DNA of 64,000 nucleotides from Candidatus Rehaiarchaeum fermentans (GCA_025920435.1 JAPDLT010000001.1:1539-65538); one strand, 5' to 3'. Shown: positions 38,876 to 48,990, counted from the stretch's first letter. The notes: generated by a model from the letters alone, not told the origin. Translations and numbers: made by a program.

Positions 38876-39679
38876 ATGAGAGCAAGTGAGGAATATTTAT
38901 CCTGGATGATCGCACTTATTTTATTAGCGCCTGTAGCTATAATTATTTTTTTAATATACTTTTTTGGTATAGCTCCAATAACTAATTCTCTCTCTCAAGT
39001 TCAATCTTATGTTAACTTTTTAATGCTTTCTCAAAAGACTGGTGAAGTAATAATTTCTCCGGGGGTTTCTCCATCTTTACCTTATAACAAATTCATGATT
39101 CAAATATACGTTAATTCTAGTTGCTTAACTTATTTAGATTATTTATCGAGAGTGGGCATTATGAGTTATCCTTCTGATCCAAATTCTCTCTTAAATAATT
39201 TCGCAGTATGTATAGGGAGTCTTTCAAATAATATTTGGCCCTATTCTCCTAATAACTTATCTTTGATAACTAATTCTATACCAGTATGGATGGGATATCT
39301 AATTATAAATTCAAGTTCCGCTTATTTCCCAAATTATTCATTTAATTTGTCCGTTCATGCTATAAAAGGTTCGAAAGGAGCCTTGAGTTTTTTTAATTCA
39401 GAATCCTTATCTCAAGTAAATCAAACGTTAGCTTTCAATTGTCTATCCTTTTTAAGAAATAAAATATACATGAGTGATTCAAGCAATTATGCATTTCAAT
39501 ATATAACTTCTTTGCAGTGTGCTAGTTTATCTAAATCTTTTATATCTATAGAAAACAATTGTGTTAATTCGAGTTGTTATCAACCTTTTGCATTTATGCA
39601 TGGCTCTCCAGCAGAATTCCAGTACCAAGAGTGTCACTTTAATGCAGGGATTTATAATTGTTATACTTACTTAATATGA
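38876..39679 (+). CDS. Hypothetical pilin-like Cys-rich surface protein
   Basis: Very short basic N-terminus (MRA-SEEYL), hydrophobic helix, many Cys and sequons. Confidence 0.55.
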   Translation: MRASEEYLSWMIALILLAPVAIIIFLIYFFGIAPITNSLSQVQSYVNFLMLSQKTGEVIISPGVSPSLPYNKFMIQIYVNSSCLTYLDYLSRVGIMSYPSDPNSLLNNFAVCIGSLSNNIWPYSPNNLSLITNSIPVWMGYLIINSSSAYFPNYSFNLSVHAIKGSKGALSFFNSESLSQVNQTLAFNCLSFLRNKIYMSDSSNYAFQYITSLQCASLSKSFISIENNCVNSSCYQPFAFMHGSPAEFQYQECHFNAGIYNCYTYLI

Positions 39680-40311
39680 AATCTAATATTTTGCAAGAAG
39701 GTATAATAATTGCGATATTCACAGGAATACTCTTAGTTATAGTAGCAACCTTCTTAGCACTCATAATAAGACCTACTTCACAATATGCATATTTTTCTGA
39801 AATTGTTTCTGCGCTTCAAACTTCTTGTTCCTCTCCTCAGTATTTCACTTCGCTAAATTTTCAAAATTCCTCCTCAATAGTTTTTCAGACATACGATTTA
39901 GGGGAAAGCTGTTTGCTTAACTATTCATCTAAATATTTTGAGAAGTATTTGTTGTGTTACGGTTCTTTATCGCTTAAATTTGTGGTTGAGAATGGCGTTT
40001 ATTTTGAGAACTATACAAGCAAAGGTCCTTCTCTAAATTTAACTAATAGTTTAATTAATTTTTGTAATTATCTGAGTCCTTTCCTTAAATCACTTACATG
40101 TTTCCCAATAACTTGTAACGGATTAAATTCTTATGTATCTAATGGAGAAGGACAATTGTTCCTATATATCTACAATACTAAAATTCCTTTCATTGAGATA
40201 GCTTCAAATAATTCTTATAATTATTTATTTATAACACCCCCTCAGAGAAATCCTCCTACTTTCTCTAATAATTATCCTAATCTTACTATAATCCCTACTC
40301 CTCCTCCATAA
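39676..40311 (+). CDS. Hypothetical pilin-like Cys-rich surface protein
   Basis: MKS-NILQE then hydrophobic helix; overlaps the upstream stop; Pro-rich C-terminus. Confidence 0.55.
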   Translation: MKSNILQEGIIIAIFTGILLVIVATFLALIIRPTSQYAYFSEIVSALQTSCSSPQYFTSLNFQNSSSIVFQTYDLGESCLLNYSSKYFEKYLLCYGSLSLKFVVENGVYFENYTSKGPSLNLTNSLINFCNYLSPFLKSLTCFPITCNGLNSYVSNGEGQLFLYIYNTKIPFIEIASNNSYNYLFITPPQRNPPTFSNNYPNLTIIPTPPP

Positions 40312-40341
40312 GAACCTAAGTATTAAATTCTTAGATCTAAC

Positions 40342-41499
40342 TTATCGTGCTAGTTTATCTATTTTTCCACTCAATAAACTTGTAGAAATGTTCGTTATTA
40401 TTATTGCTACAAAGGTTATAAAAATAAAGATAGAAGTTGAAAAGTATATTGATAATATTGCTGATAATATCGCTGGAACTAACCCCCTTGCGGAATAATA
40501 ACCTACATCTCTTCCTTTGTATAAATTTCCTACTATTAAACTCAATATTATTATTTCTATAGAAGCTATTAATGCAATTAAAAATTCTTCAATATTAAAA
40601 ATAAAGATTGAGCCCGCGTAAACAAAGAAAAACGATACCGCGAAAAAAGTTAATAGATCGTTTATTTCTTTATACATTTTTCCAAGTTCAGGATTTTGAC
40701 TTCTTAATCCTATTGCTTCATAAATTTCTTCTGCATTAGATTCTACTATTCCAAAGGAAAAAACTGCTATGGGTCCTGCTCCTCCTATATAATCTGTAAA
40801 TTCATATATGAGAAATACTACAGCTAAACTTAAGGCATAGGTAAATCTCAGACCTTTTTTTCGTAGTAAACTATTTAGTTTAATCCAAAGTATTCCTGCT
40901 ATTAAACTAATTAATATTGCTATTGAGAATGCAGAAATAGTTGTTTCAGTAGCTAAATATATGCTATTGAAATTTTGTACTTTAGCTTCTAGTATACCAA
41001 TTACCAATATTATTGAAATTGATTCAGCAATTATTTCTTTAGTCATAAGAGAGTTCTTTATTTTTGATTTGTTATTAATTAGTTCATTGTAAAGCAGTTC
41101 TGCTCCATTTATTCCTCCGCTAGAAAGTACTAGTGCTAAAGCTAATGAATTATAAATACCTAATCTTACTAAGTAGAATATTGAAAATAACAGGAATGAA
41201 GTTATTGCATATTCTAAAATTGAAATTAATATTGCTTTACCATCTTTAAAATCTTTTTTAATGTTAATTTTTAATCCAGCGTTATAAAATACTAATGTAG
41301 CAACTATTTCTGCTATGAATAAATTATAATTTTGATATTGAGATCTGGGCAATATATTTATTTCTCCTATTATTATTCCTAGGATAAGTAACCAAAGATA
41401 GTATGGAACTCTTATTTTTTTAGAAAGCGCTTCTCCTAAGAAACCGACTAAAAGTATACCTGTTATCAAAAATATGTAGTAGCTTATTTGTTCCATCAT
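40342..41499 (-). CDS. Cation:proton antiporter (CPA family)
   Basis: About 12 TM helices, R.P..L.L..LG, F..GL, FFFVYAG, ARGLVPAIL. Confidence 0.85.
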   Translation of the reverse strand: MMEQISYYIFLITGILLVGFLGEALSKKIRVPYYLWLLILGIIIGEINILPRSQYQNYNLFIAEIVATLVFYNAGLKINIKKDFKDGKAILISILEYAITSFLLFSIFYLVRLGIYNSLALALVLSSGGINGAELLYNELINNKSKIKNSLMTKEIIAESISIILVIGILEAKVQNFNSIYLATETTISAFSIAILISLIAGILWIKLNSLLRKKGLRFTYALSLAVVFLIYEFTDYIGGAGPIAVFSFGIVESNAEEIYEAIGLRSQNPELGKMYKEINDLLTFFAVSFFFVYAGSIFIFNIEEFLIALIASIEIIILSLIVGNLYKGRDVGYYSARGLVPAILSAILSIYFSTSIFIFITFVAIIITNISTSLLSGKIDKLAR

Positions 41500-41528
41500 G
41501 TTTATAAATACAAATTAATCATTAAAAT

Positions 41529-41807
41529 ATGGCAAAGGTAACAGTTACTATATGTGATGTATGTAAGCAAAGAATAGCTACTCGTACATGTCCTATTTGC
41601 GGAAGGGACATGTGTGATGTAGATACAAGATCAGTTACTTTAGAAATAGGCCTTAAATTTGGACAAAGAATGAATATTTACGAGACTAGTATGTGCGAAG
41701 ATGATTATAAGAAATTACAGGACAGATTACCTGCAGTACTTTCTAAATTAATAGAAAAAGTTTCTTCTCAGACTATAGAAAGCGCTTTGAAGGAATCTTT
41801 AAGCTAA
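41529..41807 (+). CDS. Small zinc-finger protein
   Basis: CDVC, CPIC, CDVD, CEDD. Confidence 0.7.
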   Translation: MAKVTVTICDVCKQRIATRTCPICGRDMCDVDTRSVTLEIGLKFGQRMNIYETSMCEDDYKKLQDRLPAVLSKLIEKVSSQTIESALKESLS

Positions 41808-41851
41808 AAAATTTTTAATTTTATTTATTATTTTATTTTAATTTATATTAT

Positions 41852-41966
41852 CCCCAGGTAACTCAACTGGTAGAGTGGCCGGCTGTAGATAGTGGAGGGC
41901 TGTTTAGTGCTATGATACGTTTCAGCCGATACCGGCAAGTTGCAGGTTCGAGTCCTGCCCTGGGGA
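41852..41966 (+). tRNA. tRNA-Tyr(GTA) with a 42-nt intron (41889-41930)
   Basis: C1:G72 and A73 archaeal Tyr identity; GCCGG-CTGTAG[intron]A-CCGGC. Confidence 0.92.
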
Positions 41967-41970
41967 TATT

Positions 41971-43392
41971 TTATTCATTCTTGCTTCTTAGTTGAGGAAA
42001 CGCTATCACATCCCTAATGGACTTAGAATTTGTAAATAGCATAAATAATCTTTCCATCCCTATTCCTAAGCCACCTGTAGGAGGCATACCATAGCCTAAA
42101 GCCTCTATAAAGTCTTCATCATTTGGCATGCTTTCTAGTTCTCCTTTGTTTCTTTTCTTTTCTTCTTCTTTAAATCTTTCAATTTGTTCTAGAGGATCAT
42201 TAAGTTCTGTATATGCATTTGCAAATTCCATTCCAGCAATGTATAATTCAAATCTTTGTACAAATCTTTTATCATCAGGGTAAACTTTAGTTAAAGGAGA
42301 TATTTCTACAGGATATTTCGTAACAAAAGTAGGTTGTATAAGCGTTTTTTCTATTTTTTCTTCAAATATTGCATTTAAAGCCTCTCCGTAGCTTAACTTT
42401 TTATTAGTTATTTTTTCTCCCTCTTTTATTATTTCTTCTTCATTATCTTTTCCAGTGTATTTCTTTACTAAGTTTTCCATTGTTTCTTCTTTGAAATTAG
42501 ATAGGTCGATTTGTTGGTCAATATAGTTTATTTTGTACGAATTGTATAGCTTTTTAGAAACTGTTTGGAATATTTTTTTAGTTATTTCTTTCATATCTTC
42601 TAAATCTCCATATGCTTTGTAAAGTTCAAATCCTGTAAATTCTGGATTGTGCTTAGTATCTATTCCTTCATTTCTAAAGTTTTTTGCAAATTCGTAGATC
42701 TTTTCAAATCCTCCTACTAATAGTCTTTTAAGATATAGCTCTGGTGAAATTCTTAAAAAGTAGTCTTGATCTAATGCATTATAATGTGTTTTGAAAGGTA
42801 AAGCATTGGCTCCTCCATATACTTCTTGCAATATAGGAGTTACTACTTCTATATATCCTTCCTCATCTAATATTTCTCGTATTATTTTTACTATTTTTGA
42901 TGCAATCTTAATTTTTTCTTTTGCTTCATCATTGAATATGAAATCGAGATATCTTTTTCTATACCTCGTTTCAATATCCTGTATTCCAAACCAGGTAGAT
43001 GGAAAAGGCAGTAAACATTTGCTCAGTATTTCTATATGAGTAGGAGAAAGAGATTTAGTTCCTCTTTTAGTTAGCTCAACTTTTCCTATTGCTCCTATTA
43101 TGTCTCCCCTTTCTATTAAATTTAATAGCTTTAAGCTTATTTCATCCAACTTATTTTTATGAATGTAGAGTTGCAACGTTCCAGTATCATCCTTTATATC
43201 TATAAATATTATTTCTCCGTGATCTCTTATGCTCATTATTCTGCCTTTTGCTCTTATTTCTTTATCTTTTAACTCTTCAAAATGGTTTAAAATGTAGGAA
43301 TTGTCTAAGGCTTCAAATTTATGTCCAAATGGATCTAAGCCCAATTTTTTAATTTCTTCAAGCTTTTTAAGCCTATCTTCGTCAAATTTCAT
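41971..43392 (-). CDS. lysS: Lysine--tRNA ligase, class II
   Basis: N-terminal OB fold, RYRKRYLD, GGANALPF, FRNEG..HNPEF, YGMPPTGGLGIG. Confidence 0.96.
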   Translation of the reverse strand: MKFDEDRLKKLEEIKKLGLDPFGHKFEALDNSYILNHFEELKDKEIRAKGRIMSIRDHGEIIFIDIKDDTGTLQLYIHKNKLDEISLKLLNLIERGDIIGAIGKVELTKRGTKSLSPTHIEILSKCLLPFPSTWFGIQDIETRYRKRYLDFIFNDEAKEKIKIASKIVKIIREILDEEGYIEVVTPILQEVYGGANALPFKTHYNALDQDYFLRISPELYLKRLLVGGFEKIYEFAKNFRNEGIDTKHNPEFTGFELYKAYGDLEDMKEITKKIFQTVSKKLYNSYKINYIDQQIDLSNFKEETMENLVKKYTGKDNEEEIIKEGEKITNKKLSYGEALNAIFEEKIEKTLIQPTFVTKYPVEISPLTKVYPDDKRFVQRFELYIAGMEFANAYTELNDPLEQIERFKEEEKKRNKGELESMPNDEDFIEALGYGMPPTGGLGIGMERLFMLFTNSKSIRDVIAFPQLRSKNE

Positions 43393-43402
43393 AAATTAAA
43401 TT

Positions 43403-44524
43403 TTATTGAAGTAATTCATTATAAACTTCTATATATCTATCAGCTACGGCATCCCAAGAAAGAGTTGTTACTTTTCTATATAAAGCTTCTCCTAATTCTT
43501 CTTTTACATAGGGATAACACAGTAAGCCATGAATATAATCAGCTAAAGCATATTCATCCCAAAAATCTACCGTTATGGCAGAATCTAATACTTCTTTTAC
43601 TCCAGATTGTTTAGATATTATAGTAGGAGTCTTAGATGCAGCTGCTTCCAGTGCAGTTATTCCAAACGGTTCTGATACTGATGGCATTACAAATACACTT
43701 GCTTTTGCATAAAGATCTACAAGTTCTTCATCACTAACTCTTCCTAAAAAGATTACTTTATCTTGCAGATTTAATGAAATAGTTAAATTCAAAAGGTAAT
43801 CTCTATCAGGGCCGTCTCCTGCAATAATTAAATAAGTATCGTTAGTAAATTTTGTAGCTATCTTGAATGCTCTTATTAAATGATCAACTCCTTTTTGAGG
43901 AGTAAGTCTTCCTACATAAAGTACAAATTTTTTCTTTTTATCAGTTTTAAATTGGTTTACATTTATTCCGTTGTATATTACTCTTATTTTATTAGGATTT
44001 ATGTTATAAAACTTTACTATTTCTTCTTTAGTGCGTTCACTTACAGCCACTACTATGTCCGCCTTTTCCGTTACATATCTTTCTTTATCTTCAATATACT
44101 TCCAGGGATGACCTCCTGTTCTATCGTATTCGAGACTGTGCATTGCAACTAATAGTTTTTTATTTGTTAATTGCTTAAGATAAACACCTGCATCAGAAGT
44201 TAGCCAATCCAATGAGTGAATTAAGTCAAAATTATAATCTTTTACAATTTTCATTGCTTTCTTATAGTTTTCTACTTGTTCTATAATGTTATTAGAGTTA
44301 TTAGAAAAGTTTAATTTTGAACCATATTTTACACTTAATTTAGGCAATTCTATGTAATTTACTCCTTCAATAATTTCCTTTTCACCCTTAGGTAGTGCTA
44401 AATTGACCTTAATTCCTTTTTTAACTAAGCTTTTAACAAGATTGTAAGTGTGAGTTCCTAATCCACCAACATTATTAGGTGGAAACTCCCACCCAAGAAT
44501 AAGTAAAGAAATATCTTTTCTCAT
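43403..44524 (-). CDS. GT4 family glycosyltransferase (glycogen synthase-like)
   Basis: WEFPP..VGGLG, VGRL..QKG, PSVSEPFGITALEA. Confidence 0.9.
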   Translation of the reverse strand: MRKDISLLILGWEFPPNNVGGLGTHTYNLVKSLVKKGIKVNLALPKGEKEIIEGVNYIELPKLSVKYGSKLNFSNNSNNIIEQVENYKKAMKIVKDYNFDLIHSLDWLTSDAGVYLKQLTNKKLLVAMHSLEYDRTGGHPWKYIEDKERYVTEKADIVVAVSERTKEEIVKFYNINPNKIRVIYNGINVNQFKTDKKKKFVLYVGRLTPQKGVDHLIRAFKIATKFTNDTYLIIAGDGPDRDYLLNLTISLNLQDKVIFLGRVSDEELVDLYAKASVFVMPSVSEPFGITALEAAASKTPTIISKQSGVKEVLDSAITVDFWDEYALADYIHGLLCYPYVKEELGEALYRKVTTLSWDAVADRYIEVYNELLQ

Positions 44525-44560
44525 AAAAAATTTAAACTTTTTTATATTAAAGATTAATAA

Positions 44561-46627
44561 ATGGAAGACATTTTGAAACTTTTAAATGTAAAGGAATTTA
44601 CTCCTATTCAAAAAATAGCAATTGATTTGGTTTTAAAAGATAAAAATGTATTAGCTGTTGCACCTACTGCTTCAGGAAAAACATTAATAGGGGAGCTGGC
44701 AATGTTGAAAGCGATAAGTAAAGGAAAAAGAGCTATATATGTATCTCCTCTAAGAGCACTTACTTCAGAAAAATACGAGGATTTTAAAAGATTTGGTATT
44801 AAAAATATAGGAATAAGCACAGGAGATTTAACTCAGGACGATGCTTACTTAAAATATAAAGAAGTAGTTTTTCTTTCTATCGAAAAATTAGATAGTTTAC
44901 TTAGGAAGAGTGTTGATATATTAGAAAATTTAGGTGCTATAGTATTTGATGAAGTTCATTTAATAAATGATGAAGAAAGAGGGCCCACTCTTGAGTTCCT
45001 TATTGCTTTAATTAATTATCTTTATCCTAAAGCTCAAAAAATCTATCTTAGTGCTACAATAGGTAATCCTGAAGACTTAAGTAATTGGTTAAAGGCAGAA
45101 CTGGCTTATAGCGATTTTAGACCTGTGAAATTAATTAAAAAAATTGCATTATACGATAGACTTATTTTTGAAGATACGGAAGAAGAGATTTTAGATATAG
45201 GAGATCAAATATTGAACGTTGTAAATTATTTAGTTTCAAATAGAAAACAATTTATTTTGTTTTCTCCAACGCGTAATTTAGCAGAATCCTACGCTGAAAA
45301 AATTAGCATTTTAGTGAATAGATGGGCGAAGGAGAATCAGAATGAGCTTATATCCTTATCAGAAAAATTATTTAGCGCATTAGATATTCCAACTAAGTCT
45401 TTTGAAAAATTAGCTAAAGTAGTAAGAAATGGAGTTGCTTTTCATCATGCTGGTTTACTTAATGAGCAAAGAAAATTAATAGAAGAAAAATTTAAAGAGG
45501 GGTTAATAAAAGCTATTGCAGCAACTCCTACGCTAGCGATGGGAGTTAATTTGCCTGCCAACACCGTTGTAATATCTTCTATTTATCGTAGAGGATATTT
45601 TTCTACTAGTCTTTTGCCTGTTTATGAAGTTGAGCAGATGGCAGGTAGAGCGGGTAGGCCTAAGTATGACAAAGAAGGAACAGTAATATTCATATCAAGA
45701 AATGAACGTGATACAGAAATAATAAAGAATACTTATTTAAATCCAGAGCTAGAACCAATAAAATCAAAATTTTCAAATGAAAAAAATATAAGAGTATATA
45801 CTCTGGCTCTTATTTCAATGAACTTAGCAAATAATCAAAAAGAAATTGAAGAGTTTTTTAGTAAATTATACTCTGAATTAAATAAATTCCAAATATCGCA
45901 AGCAATAGAATTTTTAAAAAGATATAGCTTTATAATTGGAGAAAATAAGCTTTCAGCTACTCCTTTCGGCAAATTAGTAAGTGAATTATATATAGATCCT
46001 ATAACTGCTATAAAATACAAATATTATCTTTCACAAATGTCCGAAGATGAATTTTCATATTTACATGCACTTATGTGTGCTTCTGAAGTTCCATTGCAAA
46101 TTACTCCTAAATGGATTGAAAAAATAGAAGAAGAAATCGAATATTTGCATTTAGATTTAAATCAGCAAATATTTGATTTTTACATAGATGATGAAAGCTA
46201 TTATAATGCGATATATTTAGCTCACGTTCTGTACGATTGGATAAACGAAAAAAGCGAGGCCGAAATAGAAGAGGTTTATGGTATCCAACCCGGAATTCTT
46301 TATCAAATAGTTAATGGATTTGCTAATTGGTTGTCTTATTCAATGTATAGATTAGCCTTGTCTATGAAAATAAAAAGTAAATTTTTACGCGAAATGCAGA
46401 TTAGAATACAAGAAGGAGTAAAAAGTGAATTACTTAACTTAGTATCTATTCCGCAGATAGGGCGCGTTAGAGCTAGAAAACTATTTAAAGCGGGAATTAA
46501 GACTAAATCAGACATTAAATCAGCAGGAATCGGAAGAATAAAAGAAATATTAGGTCCTGTGATAGGAGAAAATATTTATAATTATTGTGTTCAAAATATA
46601 AACGAGGAAAATAATAAACTATTATGA
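44561..46627 (+). CDS. hel308: Hel308/Hjm Ski2-like helicase
   Basis: PTASGKT, DEVH, LSATI, HHAGL, QMAGRAGRP, C-terminal HhH RARKL. Confidence 0.93.
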   Translation: MEDILKLLNVKEFTPIQKIAIDLVLKDKNVLAVAPTASGKTLIGELAMLKAISKGKRAIYVSPLRALTSEKYEDFKRFGIKNIGISTGDLTQDDAYLKYKEVVFLSIEKLDSLLRKSVDILENLGAIVFDEVHLINDEERGPTLEFLIALINYLYPKAQKIYLSATIGNPEDLSNWLKAELAYSDFRPVKLIKKIALYDRLIFEDTEEEILDIGDQILNVVNYLVSNRKQFILFSPTRNLAESYAEKISILVNRWAKENQNELISLSEKLFSALDIPTKSFEKLAKVVRNGVAFHHAGLLNEQRKLIEEKFKEGLIKAIAATPTLAMGVNLPANTVVISSIYRRGYFSTSLLPVYEVEQMAGRAGRPKYDKEGTVIFISRNERDTEIIKNTYLNPELEPIKSKFSNEKNIRVYTLALISMNLANNQKEIEEFFSKLYSELNKFQISQAIEFLKRYSFIIGENKLSATPFGKLVSELYIDPITAIKYKYYLSQMSEDEFSYLHALMCASEVPLQITPKWIEKIEEEIEYLHLDLNQQIFDFYIDDESYYNAIYLAHVLYDWINEKSEAEIEEVYGIQPGILYQIVNGFANWLSYSMYRLALSMKIKSKFLREMQIRIQEGVKSELLNLVSIPQIGRVRARKLFKAGIKTKSDIKSAGIGRIKEILGPVIGENIYNYCVQNINEENNKLL

Positions 46628-47229
46628 AGATTTTAGCAGCATCCGACTTACATGCAAATAAATCTCTTGTTAAAAAATTAGTTCAAAAAGCAAAGAATGA
46701 AAATGTAGATTTAGTTATTATAGCCGGAGATTTAACAATTTTTGGTGACGGATTAAGCAGATTGCTTTATCCATTCAAGGAAGCAGGTTTAAAGGTTGCA
46801 ATTATTCCAGGTAATCACGATACATTTGAAATGATCGATTTTGTTTGTTCTAAATATAATTTCTATAATTTACACAAATATCCTTTAATAATTGGGGATG
46901 TAGGAATAGTGGGAGTAGGATTTTCGAACATTGGTCCTAATTATTTATCGGAAGAAGAAATATACGCTCAATTAGAAAAACAGATATATATTGCTAAAAA
47001 GCATGGTTCACGAAGACTTATTTTGGTGTCTCATACTCCTCCTTATAATACTAAGTTAGATGATATAGGTTTTCATGTAGGAAGTACTTCGGTTAGGGCT
47101 TCCATTAAAAAGCATAAACCTGAAATCTGTATTTGCGGTCATATTCATGAGACATTTGGTTTAGAAGATGTTCTTTATAATTCTCGTATAATCAATGTAG
47201 GCCAAGAAGGTAAAATAATTAACATTTAA
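46624..47229 (+). CDS. Metallophosphoesterase (Icc-like)
   Basis: SDLH, GDL, PGNHD, HTPP, GHIHE. Confidence 0.9.
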   Translation: MKILAASDLHANKSLVKKLVQKAKNENVDLVIIAGDLTIFGDGLSRLLYPFKEAGLKVAIIPGNHDTFEMIDFVCSKYNFYNLHKYPLIIGDVGIVGVGFSNIGPNYLSEEEIYAQLEKQIYIAKKHGSRRLILVSHTPPYNTKLDDIGFHVGSTSVRASIKKHKPEICICGHIHETFGLEDVLYNSRIINVGQEGKIINI

Positions 47230-47248
47230 ATATAAGTTAATATTTCAT

Positions 47249-47351
47249 GGGCCCGTCGTCTAGCGGATAGGATAAGCGGCTTCGAATGCCGGTAGAAACC
47301 GCTTGACCTGGGTTCTTTTTTAAGACAGGAATTCAAATCCCGGCGGGCCCA
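47249..47351 (+). tRNA. tRNA-Arg(TCG) with two introns (37/38: 47286-47297; 53/54: 47313-47331)
   Basis: GGGCCCG/CGGGCCC acceptor, A20; AGCGG-CTTCGA[12 nt]A-CCGCT; CTGGG[19 nt]TTCAAAT-CCCGG. Confidence 0.9.
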
Positions 47352-47450
47352 AATTTAATCTTATTTAACTTCAATGAAGAAAATGAATTTAGAATTAGAT
47401 TTTGTTCTTAGTTTTTAACTATATCAAATTCAATTTCAAATTTAATAAGA

Positions 47451-47523
47451 TAGCCCTGCCCGGATTTGAACCGGGGTTTTCGGGTCCAGAGCCCGACGTG
47501 CTTGACCGCTACACCACAGGGCT
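47451..47523 (-). tRNA. tRNA-Gln(CTG)
   Basis: Reverse complement AGCCCTG/CAGGGCT with A1:U72; TCGGG-CTCTGGA-CCCGA. Confidence 0.97.
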
Positions 47524-47559
47524 TTAAGATATTTAATTATGCTATTAATTTCAATATAT

Positions 47560-48990
47560 ATGAGATTATTCAATACTTTAAGTAGAAGAGTAGAAGAATT
47601 TGTTCCTATTAATAGTAAAGAAGTTAGACTATATTCTTGCGGTCCTACTGTTTATGATTTTGCTCATATAGGTAATTTAAGATACTTTACAAATGTTGAT
47701 TTGTTAAAGAGAGCATTGCTTTTGGAAGGTTATGATGTCAAACATGTTATGAATATAACCGATGTAGGTCACCTAACTTCAGATGCTGATACAGGAGAAG
47801 ATAAGATTGAAAGAAGTGCAGAAAAGGCAAGAATGTCAGCATGGGATCTTGCTAAGATGTATACTCAATATTTCTTAGAGGATATAAAAGAGCTTAATAT
47901 AATTTATCCTCAAATAATTTGTAAAGCAACTGACCACATAAAAGAAATGATAGATATGATAAGGAAGTTAGAAGAGAAAGGTTTTACATACAGAATAGGA
48001 GATGGAATATATTATGATACTTCTAAATTTCCTTCTTATGGAGAATTGCTAGGAAAGGAAAGAGAGAAGGCTCTGAGCGGAGCTTTACCAGGAGCGAGGG
48101 TAGAGTTTAACCCAGAAAAGAGAAATATAAATGACTTTGCTCTATGGAAATTTTCTCCAAAAGATAAAAAAAGGCAAATGGAATGGGATTCGCCTTGGGG
48201 AGTAGGCTTTCCAGGCTGGCATATAGAATGTTCAGCTATGAGTACTAAATATTTAGGTAATCATTTTGATATTCATGCAGGAGGAGTTGATTTGATATTT
48301 CCTCATCATACCAACGAGATAGCTCAATCAGAAGCAGCAAACTCAGAAAAATTTGTTAATTATTGGTTTCACGTAGAACATCTTCTCATAAACAATAAAA
48401 AGATGTCTAAAAGTGAAGGTAACTATTTAACTTTAAGAGACCTTAAGAATAAAGGCTTTGATCCTATTGCTTTTAGACTTATGATCATAGATCATCACTA
48501 TAGAAATAAGCTTAATTTTACATTCGAGAAATTAGAAAAATATGCAACAACTTTAGAAAGATTTGATATTACTTTAAAAACAATACCTTTGCTTGAAGAA
48601 ACAAATGAGGAGGATTATTTGGAAGATTACGCCTTGGCTTTCAATAATGCACTAAAAGATGATTTAGATACCCACAAAGCACTTCAGATCTTTTCTAAAT
48701 ATATTGATGTTCTTAACGATTATATTTTTAAAGGTAGGATTCCTAGAAATATAAAGCAAAAACACTTTCAATTGATTTCTCACTTTAATAAGGTTCTAGG
48801 AATTTTGGATGAATATGCAATTCCTGAAGAAATTAAAGCACTTGCTGAAAAACGTTATCAACATAAGAAAGCAGGTTTATTAGAAGAAGCAGATAAGATA
48901 AGAGAAGAAGTATTTAATAAAGGTTATAAAATAATAGATTATTCAAACTCTTATTTAATAATTAAAAGAAGATACAATGAATTACACTAG
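47560..48990 (+). CDS. cysS: Cysteine--tRNA ligase
   Basis: CGPTVY, HIGN, PGWHIECSAM, KMSKS; ATG at 47560. Confidence 0.97.
   Translation: MRLFNTLSRRVEEFVPINSKEVRLYSCGPTVYDFAHIGNLRYFTNVDLLKRALLLEGYDVKHVMNITDVGHLTSDADTGEDKIERSAEKARMSAWDLAKMYTQYFLEDIKELNIIYPQIICKATDHIKEMIDMIRKLEEKGFTYRIGDGIYYDTSKFPSYGELLGKEREKALSGALPGARVEFNPEKRNINDFALWKFSPKDKKRQMEWDSPWGVGFPGWHIECSAMSTKYLGNHFDIHAGGVDLIFPHHTNEIAQSEAANSEKFVNYWFHVEHLLINNKKMSKSEGNYLTLRDLKNKGFDPIAFRLMIIDHHYRNKLNFTFEKLEKYATTLERFDITLKTIPLLEETNEEDYLEDYALAFNNALKDDLDTHKALQIFSKYIDVLNDYIFKGRIPRNIKQKHFQLISHFNKVLGILDEYAIPEEIKALAEKRYQHKKAGLLEEADKIREEVFNKGYKIIDYSNSYLIIKRRYNELH

Noticed and set aside
41898..41906. Alternative tRNA-Asn(GTT) reading using the internal GGCTGTT repeat
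   Set aside because: C1:G72 and A73 are Tyr determinants, and position 37 would be a pyrimidine.
41889..41930. C/D box guide RNA inside the tRNA-Tyr intron
   Set aside because: No CTGA D box and only a partial C-like ATGATA.
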